A stretch of 64,000 nucleotides of DNA from an uncultured Gammaproteobacteria bacterium (lineage in GTDB: Bacteria > Patescibacteriota > Microgenomatia > Levybacterales > UBA12049). Made by a program: the position numbers and the translations under genes. The stretch covers positions 505,316 through 569,315 of the forward strand of contig OZ246394.1 of NCBI GenBank assembly GCA_965230895.1. Direction: 5' to 3'. Under the pieces are notes generated by a model. It made no database searches. It was not told the origin of the DNA and saw nothing but the letters and a program-made list of their open reading frames with translations. Numbering within the stretch: position 1 is the stretch's first letter; each line of letters starts with the position of its first letter. Positions 20,186 through 29,115 of the stretch are shown here, piece after piece.

Positions 20186-21430
20186 TTACACTAGGAACTC
20201 CATATCTCGTACTCCCCCGAAGGCAATTCGATCAATAATAAGATTGTCCATATCAGCCATAGTCCCAGGAACAACAGTAAATTCACCATACTTATCATTA
20301 AGCGTATCTGCAACATCGGCAACCCGACGGGCTTTGCGTGAATCTTCCTCAAAGAGCATTAGCTGACGACTATCATACTCAGATAGTTGATAACAAGAAA
20401 CTCCTAGCTGGGAAACTTTTTTTGCTTCAGGCTGTGCATCAAAAATCTTCATGGCATGCTTATAGAGGTCAAGCGTTGTATATAATTCTGTGTGCATAAG
20501 TCTGCCGCGATGCCACGAAGTATAATCTCTATAGTGAAACCACATATGCACCCCATGCGCGACCAGCCCTTTTTTGCGTAGTCTTCTTCCCATCTTTTCG
20601 CAAAGCTTCATAATCAATCGTGACAATTCCCGATGATCATTAGTCGCAATCTTGATTGCATATTGGTGCCCAATTGATTTCGTCGGAAAGTCACGTTGAT
20701 CAGCCTCATATCCACGCAATTTCTCAAACCATCGACTTCCGATAACACTTCGAAAAACATCCTTATGTAATTTCTTACCTGACGCATGGAAGAAATCTAG
20801 CGGAGTGAGTATCCCATGTGCATTAAGCCGAGCTTGATAGCGGACATTTATCCCGCAAAAATCAAGCAATGTTGCCTCTTTATAGGTTTCAAGTAAATTT
20901 GTGTGATCAATTACTGTTAGTCCGTCAGGCTTGTGAAGTGTCGCCCCCAATTTGGCAAGGAACATATTGGTAGAGATCCCAATACTACATCGTATCCACT
21001 CTCCTATTTCCACTTTCATACGAGCTTTTATTTCTTTAGCTATGGAAACAAGATCAGGTCGTAACTGATGCGCTTCACGAAAATCGAGAATTGCTTCATC
21101 AATAGATTTGGCGGTAACGTCAGGTGTGTAAGAATGAAAAATATTCATAAAGCGTTGGTGGACATCTCTATACTTTGGGGGATCCGGAGTACGGACGACC
21201 ACCTGAGAAGATATTGCCTGGGCATCTTGCACACGCATTCCCATCTTTATACCAATTGCCTTCGCCTCAATTGAGGGGGCTAATATGAATGCATTTGGAG
21301 TTCCATATGCAGCAACGACGACTGGTTTCCCACGAAGAAGAGGATTTGCCTGTTGCTCAATTGAGGCAAAGCACGAGTTGAGATCAATGTGCATGAGTAA
21401 AGGCTTATCGCGGTTAATTAGGGTTTCCAT
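20186..21430 (-). CDS. dinB: Y-family DNA polymerase IV-like
   Basis: HIDLNSCFAS, SIDEA, SIGISTNMFLAKL..KPDG. Confidence 0.9.
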   Translation of the reverse strand: METLINRDKPLLMHIDLNSCFASIEQQANPLLRGKPVVVAAYGTPNAFILAPSIEAKAIGIKMGMRVQDAQAISSQVVVRTPDPPKYRDVHQRFMNIFHSYTPDVTAKSIDEAILDFREAHQLRPDLVSIAKEIKARMKVEIGEWIRCSIGISTNMFLAKLGATLHKPDGLTVIDHTNLLETYKEATLLDFCGINVRYQARLNAHGILTPLDFFHASGKKLHKDVFRSVIGSRWFEKLRGYEADQRDFPTKSIGHQYAIKIATNDHRELSRLIMKLCEKMGRRLRKKGLVAHGVHMWFHYRDYTSWHRGRLMHTELYTTLDLYKHAMKIFDAQPEAKKVSQLGVSCYQLSEYDSRQLMLFEEDSRKARRVADVADTLNDKYGEFTVVPGTMADMDNLIIDRIAFGGVRDMEFLV

Positions 21431-21674
21431 CAGATACCTCCTCCAAAATCCAATGTAAGGTATCAGGATCATGTTTCAATCGAAACGCTAAGGTATCGGA
21501 GCAAACATGAAAGACATGAAAGACCGTACGGCCCTCGCGAACCTTATGGTGATACCCGACCTTCGTAATGAGATAATCCCGACCGTTCCATCTAATCTTA
21601 TATGGAGCGACTTTCCCCTCATGTTGTCTGTAGATTGTAATGACATCAATTTTCTCATGAATCTTTTCTAGCAT
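21414..21674 (-). CDS. Small beta-rich protein overlapping the dinB start (mutagenesis-cassette accessory candidate)
   Basis: 86-aa ORF with PYKIRWNGRDY..FRL..WILE; overlaps the dinB ATG. Confidence 0.75.
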   Translation of the reverse strand: MLEKIHEKIDVITIYRQHEGKVAPYKIRWNGRDYLITKVGYHHKVREGRTVFHVFHVCSDTLAFRLKHDPDTLHWILEEVSDGNPN

Positions 21675-21861
21675 GGTAGTTAATAATTCTCACTTGTCCG
21701 CCTCGCTGCCATTGTTGTGGCAATCTATATCTGGATTCGGGTTCTTCAGTTACCGATTTTGTGGTTCCGGCAAAATCGACCACTGATGAACGTATACCTG
21801 TAAAAATAGACTGCCTTTTTAGCGAGACGGGCAACCAAGAATTGAAGGCGAATCCGGCAAT

Positions 21862-22431
21862 TTACAAATACTTCCGGATCACGCTGATGACCACTCCTCC
21901 GATCTCTAAGCTTTCTTTCGGACGAATGATTGGATAATCTTTATTTGCCGGAACTAACTCAATCGCACCATTTCTTTTGAAGTAATACTTTACTGTCCAT
22001 TCATTGTCAACAATTGCTGCCACAATGTCCCCATTTTTAGGTATACGATTTGGATCGACGATTATCTTATCACCCTCACCGATCAGCGCTTCGATCATTG
22101 AATCCCCGGAGACAGTTAGAAAATAGATGTCTCCTTGCACGTCGTACAAATACCGGAATAAATCAATGTTATCGTGATGAGTTTCAAATGCAGGCATTGG
22201 ATAACCTGCTTTAATTGTCCCCAAATGAGGAATTGCGAAGAGATTTTTTGGAAGGAGTTTACCCTTTTCTCCTTTCTCCAAAATCCCTGCTTCTATTAAT
22301 TTAGATATCAATTTAAAACTTGCATTCTTGGAAGAAAATCCAAAGAGTTCAGTCATTTCTTCATAGGTTGGAAGCCGCTTCTCAAAGCGATAAAACTTTC
22401 GTAATTTCTTGATTGCCTCATCGATTTTCAT
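21862..22431 (-). CDS. lexA: LexA-type repressor (winged HTH + S24 peptidase)
   Basis: PTYEEM..FGFSS, Ala-Gly site IKAGYP, VSGDSM, WTVKY; start at ATG 22431. Confidence 0.88.
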   Translation of the reverse strand: MKIDEAIKKLRKFYRFEKRLPTYEEMTELFGFSSKNASFKLISKLIEAGILEKGEKGKLLPKNLFAIPHLGTIKAGYPMPAFETHHDNIDLFRYLYDVQGDIYFLTVSGDSMIEALIGEGDKIIVDPNRIPKNGDIVAAIVDNEWTVKYYFKRNGAIELVPANKDYPIIRPKESLEIGGVVISVIRKYL

Positions 22432-22440
22432 ATCTTTTTT

Positions 22441-22494
22441 GGTGAACAGGTGTTTACCAAGACTACTATACAGTGAACAAGTGTTCACTGTCAA
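22441..22494 (-). promoter_or_regulatory. lexA promoter (TTGACA-18-TATAGT) with two GAAC-N4-GTTC-type operators
   Basis: CAGTGAACA-AG-TGTTCACTG (22471-22490) between -35 and -10, and GGTGAACA-GG-TGTTTACC (22441-22458). Confidence 0.85.
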
Positions 22495-22566
22495 TACCCC
22501 AGTTTAATTCTTTGTTTTGAGGCTAATATCGAGTAAATGTAGATAAAATGTCAGAACTAGTGTATG

Positions 22567-22595
22567 TTGACAGGCATGAATAATGGGTTTATACT
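22567..22595 (+). promoter_or_regulatory. Near-consensus sigma70 promoter with no ORF immediately downstream
   Basis: TTGACA-17 nt-TATACT. Confidence 0.6.
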
Positions 22596-22957
22596 TAAGT
22601 AAGATTCATGTAAGAATCAAATTTTTGCCCCTCCCCGCCTATGGCGAGGCTCGCTTAAGCGGCTTCACGGGATCGACAAAAATTATTTACAGAGATTAAA
22701 TACAGAGCTGACGTTGTAATAGAGTAGATAATGGTTATGGGAGTTCGTTGTAACTGGAGTAAATAGTTTTACGATCAACATTTTCTCATAATGGTATCTT
22801 CTCATTCAATGGAATTACTATAATACTCTATTATATGCTAATTTTGCGTTAATCAGTCAAAATAGCTTGAATAAGAAGTGTTTAATTTTTTGAGCGATAA
22901 AACTATAGGATAAAATTACCTGTTGACATTATATGACGACAGTACTATAATAAAGAC

Positions 22958-23278
22958 ATGAGCGAACGAATTGGCGCACCATTAGAAGAACAATTAAAGT
23001 CTGCATTGGGTCGTACTGATGCACAAGCACTTCATCATGAATTAAACGGAAAACAAACTCCTGACCTTATCCAAGGAAAAAATGTTTTTGCTATGGAATC
23101 TGTTCCTTCAGACGTAGCAGTCCATCCAGCAACAGCAGCATTAGAAGCAAGAGCACGAAGAAGAGCAGTAGCTGAAAGTACTGGTAAAACAACTGAAGTT
23201 CGAGCTACAGCACTTCCACAAAGTGGAGAAATCTTTGCAGCACGCAGTGGCATCCCAAAACCTCGAATAACTAGATAA
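22958..23278 (+). CDS. Hypothetical protein (leaderless)
   Basis: TTGACA...TATAAT directly before the ATG; hairpin after the stop. Confidence 0.7.
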   Translation: MSERIGAPLEEQLKSALGRTDAQALHHELNGKQTPDLIQGKNVFAMESVPSDVAVHPATAALEARARRRAVAESTGKTTEVRATALPQSGEIFAARSGIPKPRITR

Positions 23279-23281
23279 AAA

Positions 23282-23310
23282 ACGAGCCTGATCTTTCGAT
23301 CAAGCCCGTT
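23282..23310. terminator. Hairpin between convergent genes
   Basis: acgagcctgatc-tttc-gatcaagcccgt imperfect stem. Confidence 0.5.
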
Positions 23311-23336
23311 CTACAATAACTTCTTTTGGACAAACA

Positions 23337-23594
23337 TCATACCCTTCTGTGAGTAAATGTTCTGTAAAGCCACAAAAGAACAACTGATCCGAGAAGTGCA
23401 ACGATGAAACTGTATAAGTTAAATCCGCTTACTCCTGTCTGACCAAATGCATTCATGATGAAACCACCGAGGAATGCACCAACGATACCAACAATAATAT
23501 TTCCGAGAATACCTTGTTGTGCATCAGTTCCCATCATCATAGATGCGATCCAACCAACAATTCCTCCGAAAACTACATAAAGTAACAAATCCAT
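23337..23594 (-). CDS. GlsB/YeaQ/YmgE (transglycosylase-associated) membrane protein
   Basis: GGIVGWIAS..GNIIVGIVGAFLGG; SD AAGGAGGTG. Confidence 0.9.
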   Translation of the reverse strand: MDLLLYVVFGGIVGWIASMMMGTDAQQGILGNIIVGIVGAFLGGFIMNAFGQTGVSGFNLYSFIVALLGSVVLLWLYRTFTHRRV

Positions 23595-23690
23595 ATTATT
23601 TATCACCTCCTTCCTTTTTGTTTATCATAAGACTATCTTAACTGGAGGCAGTAAGAAACGGATGAGCCACGTGTAAGAAGAAGATGAGAA

Positions 23691-24509
23691 TTAATTATTT
23701 TCAGGAGAACAGAGCCCACGAACTTCGTTCATGATACGATCACGATCGATCTTGGATAAGTAAAGCATATCCAACAGGTCAGGATGATCCAACACATCTT
23801 TACAAAGAACGATATGATTTTCAAGAAGTGTTGTCTTCTGAGATTGAGATAAAGAAGTTACCATAGTAATAGGATGCAATCCTGAACGCTCAATCATCTC
23901 ACGTAAACTATTTCCAGCCGGATAATCCCAACTAATGACCTTCATCCCTGTGCATTGAGCGTATGTATTTGCATCCACTGTTGTTTTCGTATTTGTGACA
24001 ATCCAAGCTTCGTGCATTGGATTACGGACTTTAACATCTTCAAATCGAGCATGAGTATATAAAGCAACTTGAATTTCAGAACGAGTACCAGGGCTATTAT
24101 GAAACTTCGCTTCAATAGCAGCTGTCTTACCATCTTTCTCAGCCACAATATCTATTTCATGCGTCACACATCGACCGGAAAGTATCTGACGAACTTGCGT
24201 ATTATAGCCTTCTGATTCCAGAAGCTTTGCAACAAAATCTTCAAATGGATACCCACTTGGGCCAAGCATCATAATAGCTTCTTTTAGCGTATAGCGGGCT
24301 TTAATATACGGGGAAGGTGCATGATTAAGAAACTCCATAATATGCTGGTAAATCTCAGCAGTTGAAATACCATCATAAAGCTTACGTTTTACATGACTGA
24401 GGACTTCTCCTTGCAGTGACTGAGGAACTCTTGCCCTACGGATAGAATCCATGACTTTATGTTCACTAAATGGTTCGTACCTTCTGTCTGCTTTAATAAC
24501 ATGGATCAT
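23691..24509 (-). CDS. ATP-cone + Mrr-like PD-(D/E)xK restriction-endonuclease domain protein
   Basis: VIKADRRYEPFSEHK (ATP cone); GPSGYPFE, HEIDI, IEAKFH, VTNT. Confidence 0.82.
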   Translation of the reverse strand: MIHVIKADRRYEPFSEHKVMDSIRRARVPQSLQGEVLSHVKRKLYDGISTAEIYQHIMEFLNHAPSPYIKARYTLKEAIMMLGPSGYPFEDFVAKLLESEGYNTQVRQILSGRCVTHEIDIVAEKDGKTAAIEAKFHNSPGTRSEIQVALYTHARFEDVKVRNPMHEAWIVTNTKTTVDANTYAQCTGMKVISWDYPAGNSLREMIERSGLHPITMVTSLSQSQKTTLLENHIVLCKDVLDHPDLLDMLYLSKIDRDRIMNEVRGLCSPENN

Positions 24510-24549
24510 ATATTAAGTATAAAAAAGACGGGGTAATAAAGTCAAAAGC

Positions 24550-26931
24550 CTATTTTCTCTCGTATACCCAGAAGCCATCTCGATCAACAGTTTTATGATA
24601 ATTTCCATTCTTTTCCATTGATTTAAGAGTACTATCTGCATAGCTATCTTTATCTGAAATTACCACCATATCAGCTTGGTCAATACCATAAGGTAACACA
24701 TAAATAACTTCTCTTTGCGAGAGATGTGAACCAATATTGTTTGAAGCAGCTACAGTATAATCTTGAGGGATGTGCGATAAGAATTGATCAATAAACTCTC
24801 TATCTGGAAAAGGACGATTGAACATCGCTGTATTAGGCTCTTGAGAGCCAGGCAGTGGACCAAATGCATGGGCCGTATAAATCGAGTTATAGAGAACATA
24901 GATAATGACGAAACTTGCCAAAGTTGTTCCTGAAGAGATATGGTAACGCTTCTCAAAACCTTTCAATGACTTGCTTCGTTCTCCAAGCTTTTGCAGCACC
25001 CAAATACCATAAATTGCACTCAAGAAGATAAAAGGTGTCATCGTCGCTGTATATTGATAATAAATCTGGTACAGGTTGCTATTGCTACTCAAAAGGCTAA
25101 TTAACAAGTCAGGTCCCGCAAAGATAAGGAAGAATGGAAATACATACGATAAATAACCTAACGGTGAGAAAATTTGGGTAATAAAGTGGAACCGATCAGG
25201 CTCAAGAACTTTCATAAGTACTTTATCTGGCTGTAAAATGATAGCTTTTGCAATATCGGTCGTACTGCTTCCGAATCCAGAGTAATATTCAAGGGCAAAA
25301 TGATTTGAACCATGTGCAGCAGGGATTGCGTGTTCGAGAAGGAAAAAGAACATAGCTGTACATACCATAAAGATTCCTGCACCAATGATCCATTTACGAT
25401 GATGAACCGCGACAAGTATGCCGAACAAAGCAATTATTAACCAAATCTGCTCTTTACACATTGCTGCAAGTAAAGCAAAGATAGCAAACCAAATGTATTT
25501 TCGCTTGTAATAAAAATAAAATGTCGCAAGGAGAAACGTCGTAGCAAGGACAACTGCATGGAAATCATAGATATTTGCTCGCTGCACACTTGGATTGATG
25601 AGATACGCAAATGATAAAACCACCGCAATACTTTTATTTTTCAGTACATCCTTTGCAATTAAGAAGATGAAGTATGCTCCAATTGCGATAACTACCGATT
25701 GAATAATCAATAATGTTCGAGGGTCCTGCCATAACGCATACAATGGAGCCAGTAACACAAGAATGAAATCAGCATGGAATGCTAAACGTGAAACTTGCCC
25801 TACACTATCAGGATTGGTCATGATAAAGAAGTTCCCATGAAGCGTATTCCAGACAGTCTGCACCATATTTCCAAGATCAAATCGGCCGGTGTAGTAATTG
25901 TTGTAACGCATGATAGAAGCAGCTGAGATATAGACGGTATAAATTAAGCTAAGGAATATAACAACCAATTCATATGGATTGCGATACATCCATTGTTCAA
26001 ATCGAAGGACAACTGTATGCTTTGATTTATGCCAAAGGTAAAAGAAGAGGATAAACAATAACTCTGCGACAATAAGGATAATTCTGGTAAAGAGTGCTGC
26101 GAAAGCGGCTAAGCCCGATGTAACAAGCTGTGATAAAGCAAAGATAGTAATTCCTTCCCGAACCCCAAATCCTGCTGGTGTAATAATTGAGAGATAGCCA
26201 GCAACAAAAGCGAATGCAAAGACTCCAATCAATTCCCAAACGAGAAGAGGATCTGTCCCAAAAGCAGAACTCATCACAAGATAATTCCCCAACCCAAAGA
26301 AGAATAAACTACAACTACTAATGACAATAAGTCGTAGACTTTCGGTGATAGAAAATGATGGAAGGATGAATTCAAGAACGGATTTTAATTTGCCTGAGAA
26401 ATGTTTCGTTATCTTACGATTAATGCTATACAGCAGCACACCAAGAACCATAATACCCCATCCCACCCAAATCATTTCATCAGCAATGTCTTGAAAGAAA
26501 TATGGAAGCGCGAGAAGTGAGACAACGAAACTCCCTATAACAAATAATTCTGCTTCAATAAGAAGTCCCTTACCCACATCTTTTTTTGCTACTCCTTTCT
26601 TTTCGAATAAAAGTGTTCTCCCCAGGAAAGACCATACATTACCAGGTATATAGCGCTTTAACTCAGACATAGACCACAGATACGCTGATTCTTTCAATGG
26701 AATTGAGTAACCATAGCTTTTAATAATACGATGCCAGATTAAACTTCGGAGTACGTAGAAAACAACTAAACTAAATATACCTGCTCCGAGAAGAAACGGC
26801 TGGATCGTTTGTACATTTGGAAGAATTGATGGAGCTTGATCAAAAAGAATTTTCCCTATGAAGAAAAAGGCAATGATAGAAAGTGGCCATCCGATGATAA
26901 ATTTCAGAAGAGAATAAAGACGAGACTTCAT
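24550..26931 (-). CDS. Fusion of a LPG-synthase-TM/flippase-like domain and a DUF2079 (GT-C-like) membrane domain
   Basis: RYIPGNVW, TPAGFGVREG; then FDLG..Q, HADFI, DFH, CKEQ, YQY. Confidence 0.78.
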   Translation of the reverse strand: MKSRLYSLLKFIIGWPLSIIAFFFIGKILFDQAPSILPNVQTIQPFLLGAGIFSLVVFYVLRSLIWHRIIKSYGYSIPLKESAYLWSMSELKRYIPGNVWSFLGRTLLFEKKGVAKKDVGKGLLIEAELFVIGSFVVSLLALPYFFQDIADEMIWVGWGIMVLGVLLYSINRKITKHFSGKLKSVLEFILPSFSITESLRLIVISSCSLFFFGLGNYLVMSSAFGTDPLLVWELIGVFAFAFVAGYLSIITPAGFGVREGITIFALSQLVTSGLAAFAALFTRIILIVAELLFILFFYLWHKSKHTVVLRFEQWMYRNPYELVVIFLSLIYTVYISAASIMRYNNYYTGRFDLGNMVQTVWNTLHGNFFIMTNPDSVGQVSRLAFHADFILVLLAPLYALWQDPRTLLIIQSVVIAIGAYFIFLIAKDVLKNKSIAVVLSFAYLINPSVQRANIYDFHAVVLATTFLLATFYFYYKRKYIWFAIFALLAAMCKEQIWLIIALFGILVAVHHRKWIIGAGIFMVCTAMFFFLLEHAIPAAHGSNHFALEYYSGFGSSTTDIAKAIILQPDKVLMKVLEPDRFHFITQIFSPLGYLSYVFPFFLIFAGPDLLISLLSSNSNLYQIYYQYTATMTPFIFLSAIYGIWVLQKLGERSKSLKGFEKRYHISSGTTLASFVIIYVLYNSIYTAHAFGPLPGSQEPNTAMFNRPFPDREFIDQFLSHIPQDYTVAASNNIGSHLSQREVIYVLPYGIDQADMVVISDKDSYADSTLKSMEKNGNYHKTVDRDGFWVYERK

Positions 26932-26968
26932 GGGTGTATTGTACTTGTTTGGCTGAGATTATACAAAC

Positions 26969-27616
26969 CTATCTTGCAGATCCTGATCCATTTGGACTCG
27001 TAGGAATAAGTACTGTTCCACGGCCATTATAGGTAAAGTTTCTTGAGATTGTTTCTGTGTCATCCCCTGCAATACTTTTAACACGAAGCTCAAACTTAAT
27101 TTGTCCTTGAGGTAGATTATAAAGCGCTACAGAACGATCATCATATCCCGACCAACTTCCACCATTAATTCGATAAGACCACGCAGCTTCACAATATCGA
27201 CTGTCATCATAATCAATATCTACCATGACAGGATTATCACTCACGGTATCGTCCTCATCAGGTGTAGAAATAGTAACCGGCCCCAATCCTTTTAAACAAG
27301 GTGCTTCTGTCGCACCAAGAGGTGTCGGTGTCGCGACATCACTTTCTCCAACAGGTTGAGCAAAGAATCCTTGATTTGTTGTAGCACCAGGCATAGGAGT
27401 TGGAGTAGGTTTCCCGTTGAGGTTTTTAAGCGAATTAAAGTTGAGTAACATGACCGTAATAAGTACAGGGATACTAAGGAATGCAGTTACGAATTCAATA
27501 TAAGGTTTATTTTTAAGAAACTTATTTTCCTTCTTTTTCGCTCTCGGAGAAGCTTTCTTAGGAGTTTTTGTAGCTTTAACGGCTTTTGCTTTGGTGGATT
27601 GGGCAGCTTTAGGCAT
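26969..27616 (-). CDS. Single-TM exported protein with PT linker and Ig-like domain
   Basis: Basic N-terminus, TM, PTPTP, WSYRINGGSWS. Confidence 0.7.
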   Translation of the reverse strand: MPKAAQSTKAKAVKATKTPKKASPRAKKKENKFLKNKPYIEFVTAFLSIPVLITVMLLNFNSLKNLNGKPTPTPMPGATTNQGFFAQPVGESDVATPTPLGATEAPCLKGLGPVTISTPDEDDTVSDNPVMVDIDYDDSRYCEAAWSYRINGGSWSGYDDRSVALYNLPQGQIKFELRVKSIAGDDTETISRNFTYNGRGTVLIPTSPNGSGSAR

Positions 27617-27714
27617 AATGGAACAGTCTTAGTATTTTTATTGTAGATGAATTTTGTCAGGTTTGTAAATAGATCTTTTGAAATTAGTCATGAAAACTGG
27701 TAAAATGCATGTAC

Positions 27715-27788
27715 GCACCCGTAGCTCAGCTGGATAGAGCACTTGACTTCGGATCAGGGGGTCGGGGGTTCGAATCCCTCCGGGTGTA
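27715..27788 (+). tRNA. tRNA-Arg(UCG), CCA not encoded
   Basis: GCACCCG/CGGGTGT acceptor stem; anticodon arm CTTGA-CTTCGGA-TCAGG; GTTCGAATC T-loop. Confidence 0.95.
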
Positions 27789-27871
27789 CGACGCACCAGT
27801 CGGTGCATCGCTTCGCTGCGATACAAAAAAGCGTTATTTTAAGAAAAATATTCTAAACTGGATGTGCGTCA

Positions 27872-27895
27872 GGGATGTACCGTATGGTACGTCCC
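27872..27895. repeat. GC-rich hairpin 7 nt upstream of the GIY-YIG start
   Basis: GGGATGTACC-GTAT-GGTACGTCCC. Confidence 0.75.
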
Positions 27896-27902
27896 CAAAT
27901 CC

Positions 27903-28163
27903 ATGTTCTACTACGTCTGTATCTTACATAATTATTCAAAAAGTTTTATTTATACGGGTTACTCGGAAGATTTAAAACAAAGACTAACTTCTCATAAAGC
28001 AGGGAAAAATAAATCAACAAAGGCTTTTCTCCCATTAGAACTCATCCATTATGAAGCGTATAAGAGTAAAACTGACGCTAAAAGAAGAGAGTTATACTTT
28101 AAAACCACGAAGGGTAAAACAACGTTAAGAACTATGCTTAAAGACTATTTTAATGGAGATTAA
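27903..28163 (+). CDS. Stand-alone GIY-YIG nuclease (86 aa)
   Basis: MFYYVCIL..IYTGYSEDLKQRL..H..AKRRELYFKT. Confidence 0.9.
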   Translation: MFYYVCILHNYSKSFIYTGYSEDLKQRLTSHKAGKNKSTKAFLPLELIHYEAYKSKTDAKRRELYFKTTKGKTTLRTMLKDYFNGD

Positions 28164-28255
28164 CTGCAATTGTGTGTTTTGAATATTAAACTGCACCATA
28201 AACTTAATCCCTTTAGGCCTTTCAAGATTCTGTCAATAATTGTATACTTTGAGAA

Positions 28256-29113
28256 ATGGATAGGCAAAACATTATAAATGCTGCATATAATGCGGCAATT
28301 GAAGCAGCTCTCCAAGCGACTGAAGAGATTATCCCCTTTTGGCCTAACCCAAACAACCCCTCTTTTAACAGGCAACTTGCCTTAAAGGTAATTGATAAAG
28401 AAGGTGTTGGTAACTATGCAACAATCGCAGACTTAAGGTCAGAGAAAAAGATTATTGAAGTCATCCAGTCAAAACCACTTTTGAAAGATCATAGTTTTAT
28501 CGGAGAAGAACTGGGAGCGATACAATCAGACGAGAACTGGTATTGGATTATTGATCCAATAGATGGTACACCAAATTTTAGAAATGGTAATCCCGATTTT
28601 GGCATGTGTATTGCTTTATTTAATGGCCAAAAGCCTATACTTGGATTAATAGCTATCCCCGGATTACGGCAAATAGTTATCGCAAAAAGTGATGGAGATG
28701 CAAAGCTGATTACCTATGATGGAAAAGAGTTAGCGAATCTTAAAGAATTAGCTCAATCATATAGCGACCCATTAGAAAAAGCCTTAGTTGGTTACGATTT
28801 AGGATATAGCAATAGAGATGTTCAATTACATGAAATTGCTGATAAAGTGATAACAAGAGTCGGCTATGCATCTGTCCTTGCGTCTTTCTCAACTGGAAAT
28901 TTTCGAGTAGCACAAGGCATGATGGGATTGTATTTTGGTATGAGTCCAACTGTGATGGATATTGCACCAGCAGCAGCCATCATTCCAGCAATAGGAGGAG
29001 TTGTAACAGATATGAAAGGTAAGCAAATTGATTGGAGAGCTGAAAATAGATCGTATATTGGTGCAATAAACCCTCAAATACATCAACAATTTTTAGAAGT
29101 GATAAACGGTTAA
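28256..29113 (+). CDS. Inositol monophosphatase family protein
   Basis: IGEE, WIIDPIDGTPNF, MDIAP. Confidence 0.9.
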   Translation: MDRQNIINAAYNAAIEAALQATEEIIPFWPNPNNPSFNRQLALKVIDKEGVGNYATIADLRSEKKIIEVIQSKPLLKDHSFIGEELGAIQSDENWYWIIDPIDGTPNFRNGNPDFGMCIALFNGQKPILGLIAIPGLRQIVIAKSDGDAKLITYDGKELANLKELAQSYSDPLEKALVGYDLGYSNRDVQLHEIADKVITRVGYASVLASFSTGNFRVAQGMMGLYFGMSPTVMDIAPAAAIIPAIGGVVTDMKGKQIDWRAENRSYIGAINPQIHQQFLEVING

Positions 29114-29115
29114 TT

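Noticed and set aside
21783-21800. CTGATGA suggesting a hammerhead ribozyme
   Set aside because: No stem II followed by GAAA; the motif lies inside a long hairpin arm. An HDV-like fold also could not be built.
22432-22494. N-terminal extension of LexA from the TTG at 22494
   Set aside because: That TTG is the -35 box, and the stretch is promoter/operator; extended starts at 47968 and 61286 were rejected for similar reasons.
27638-27975. ORFs 27638-27826 (-) and 27709-27975 (+)
   Set aside because: Shadow ORFs over tRNA-Arg.
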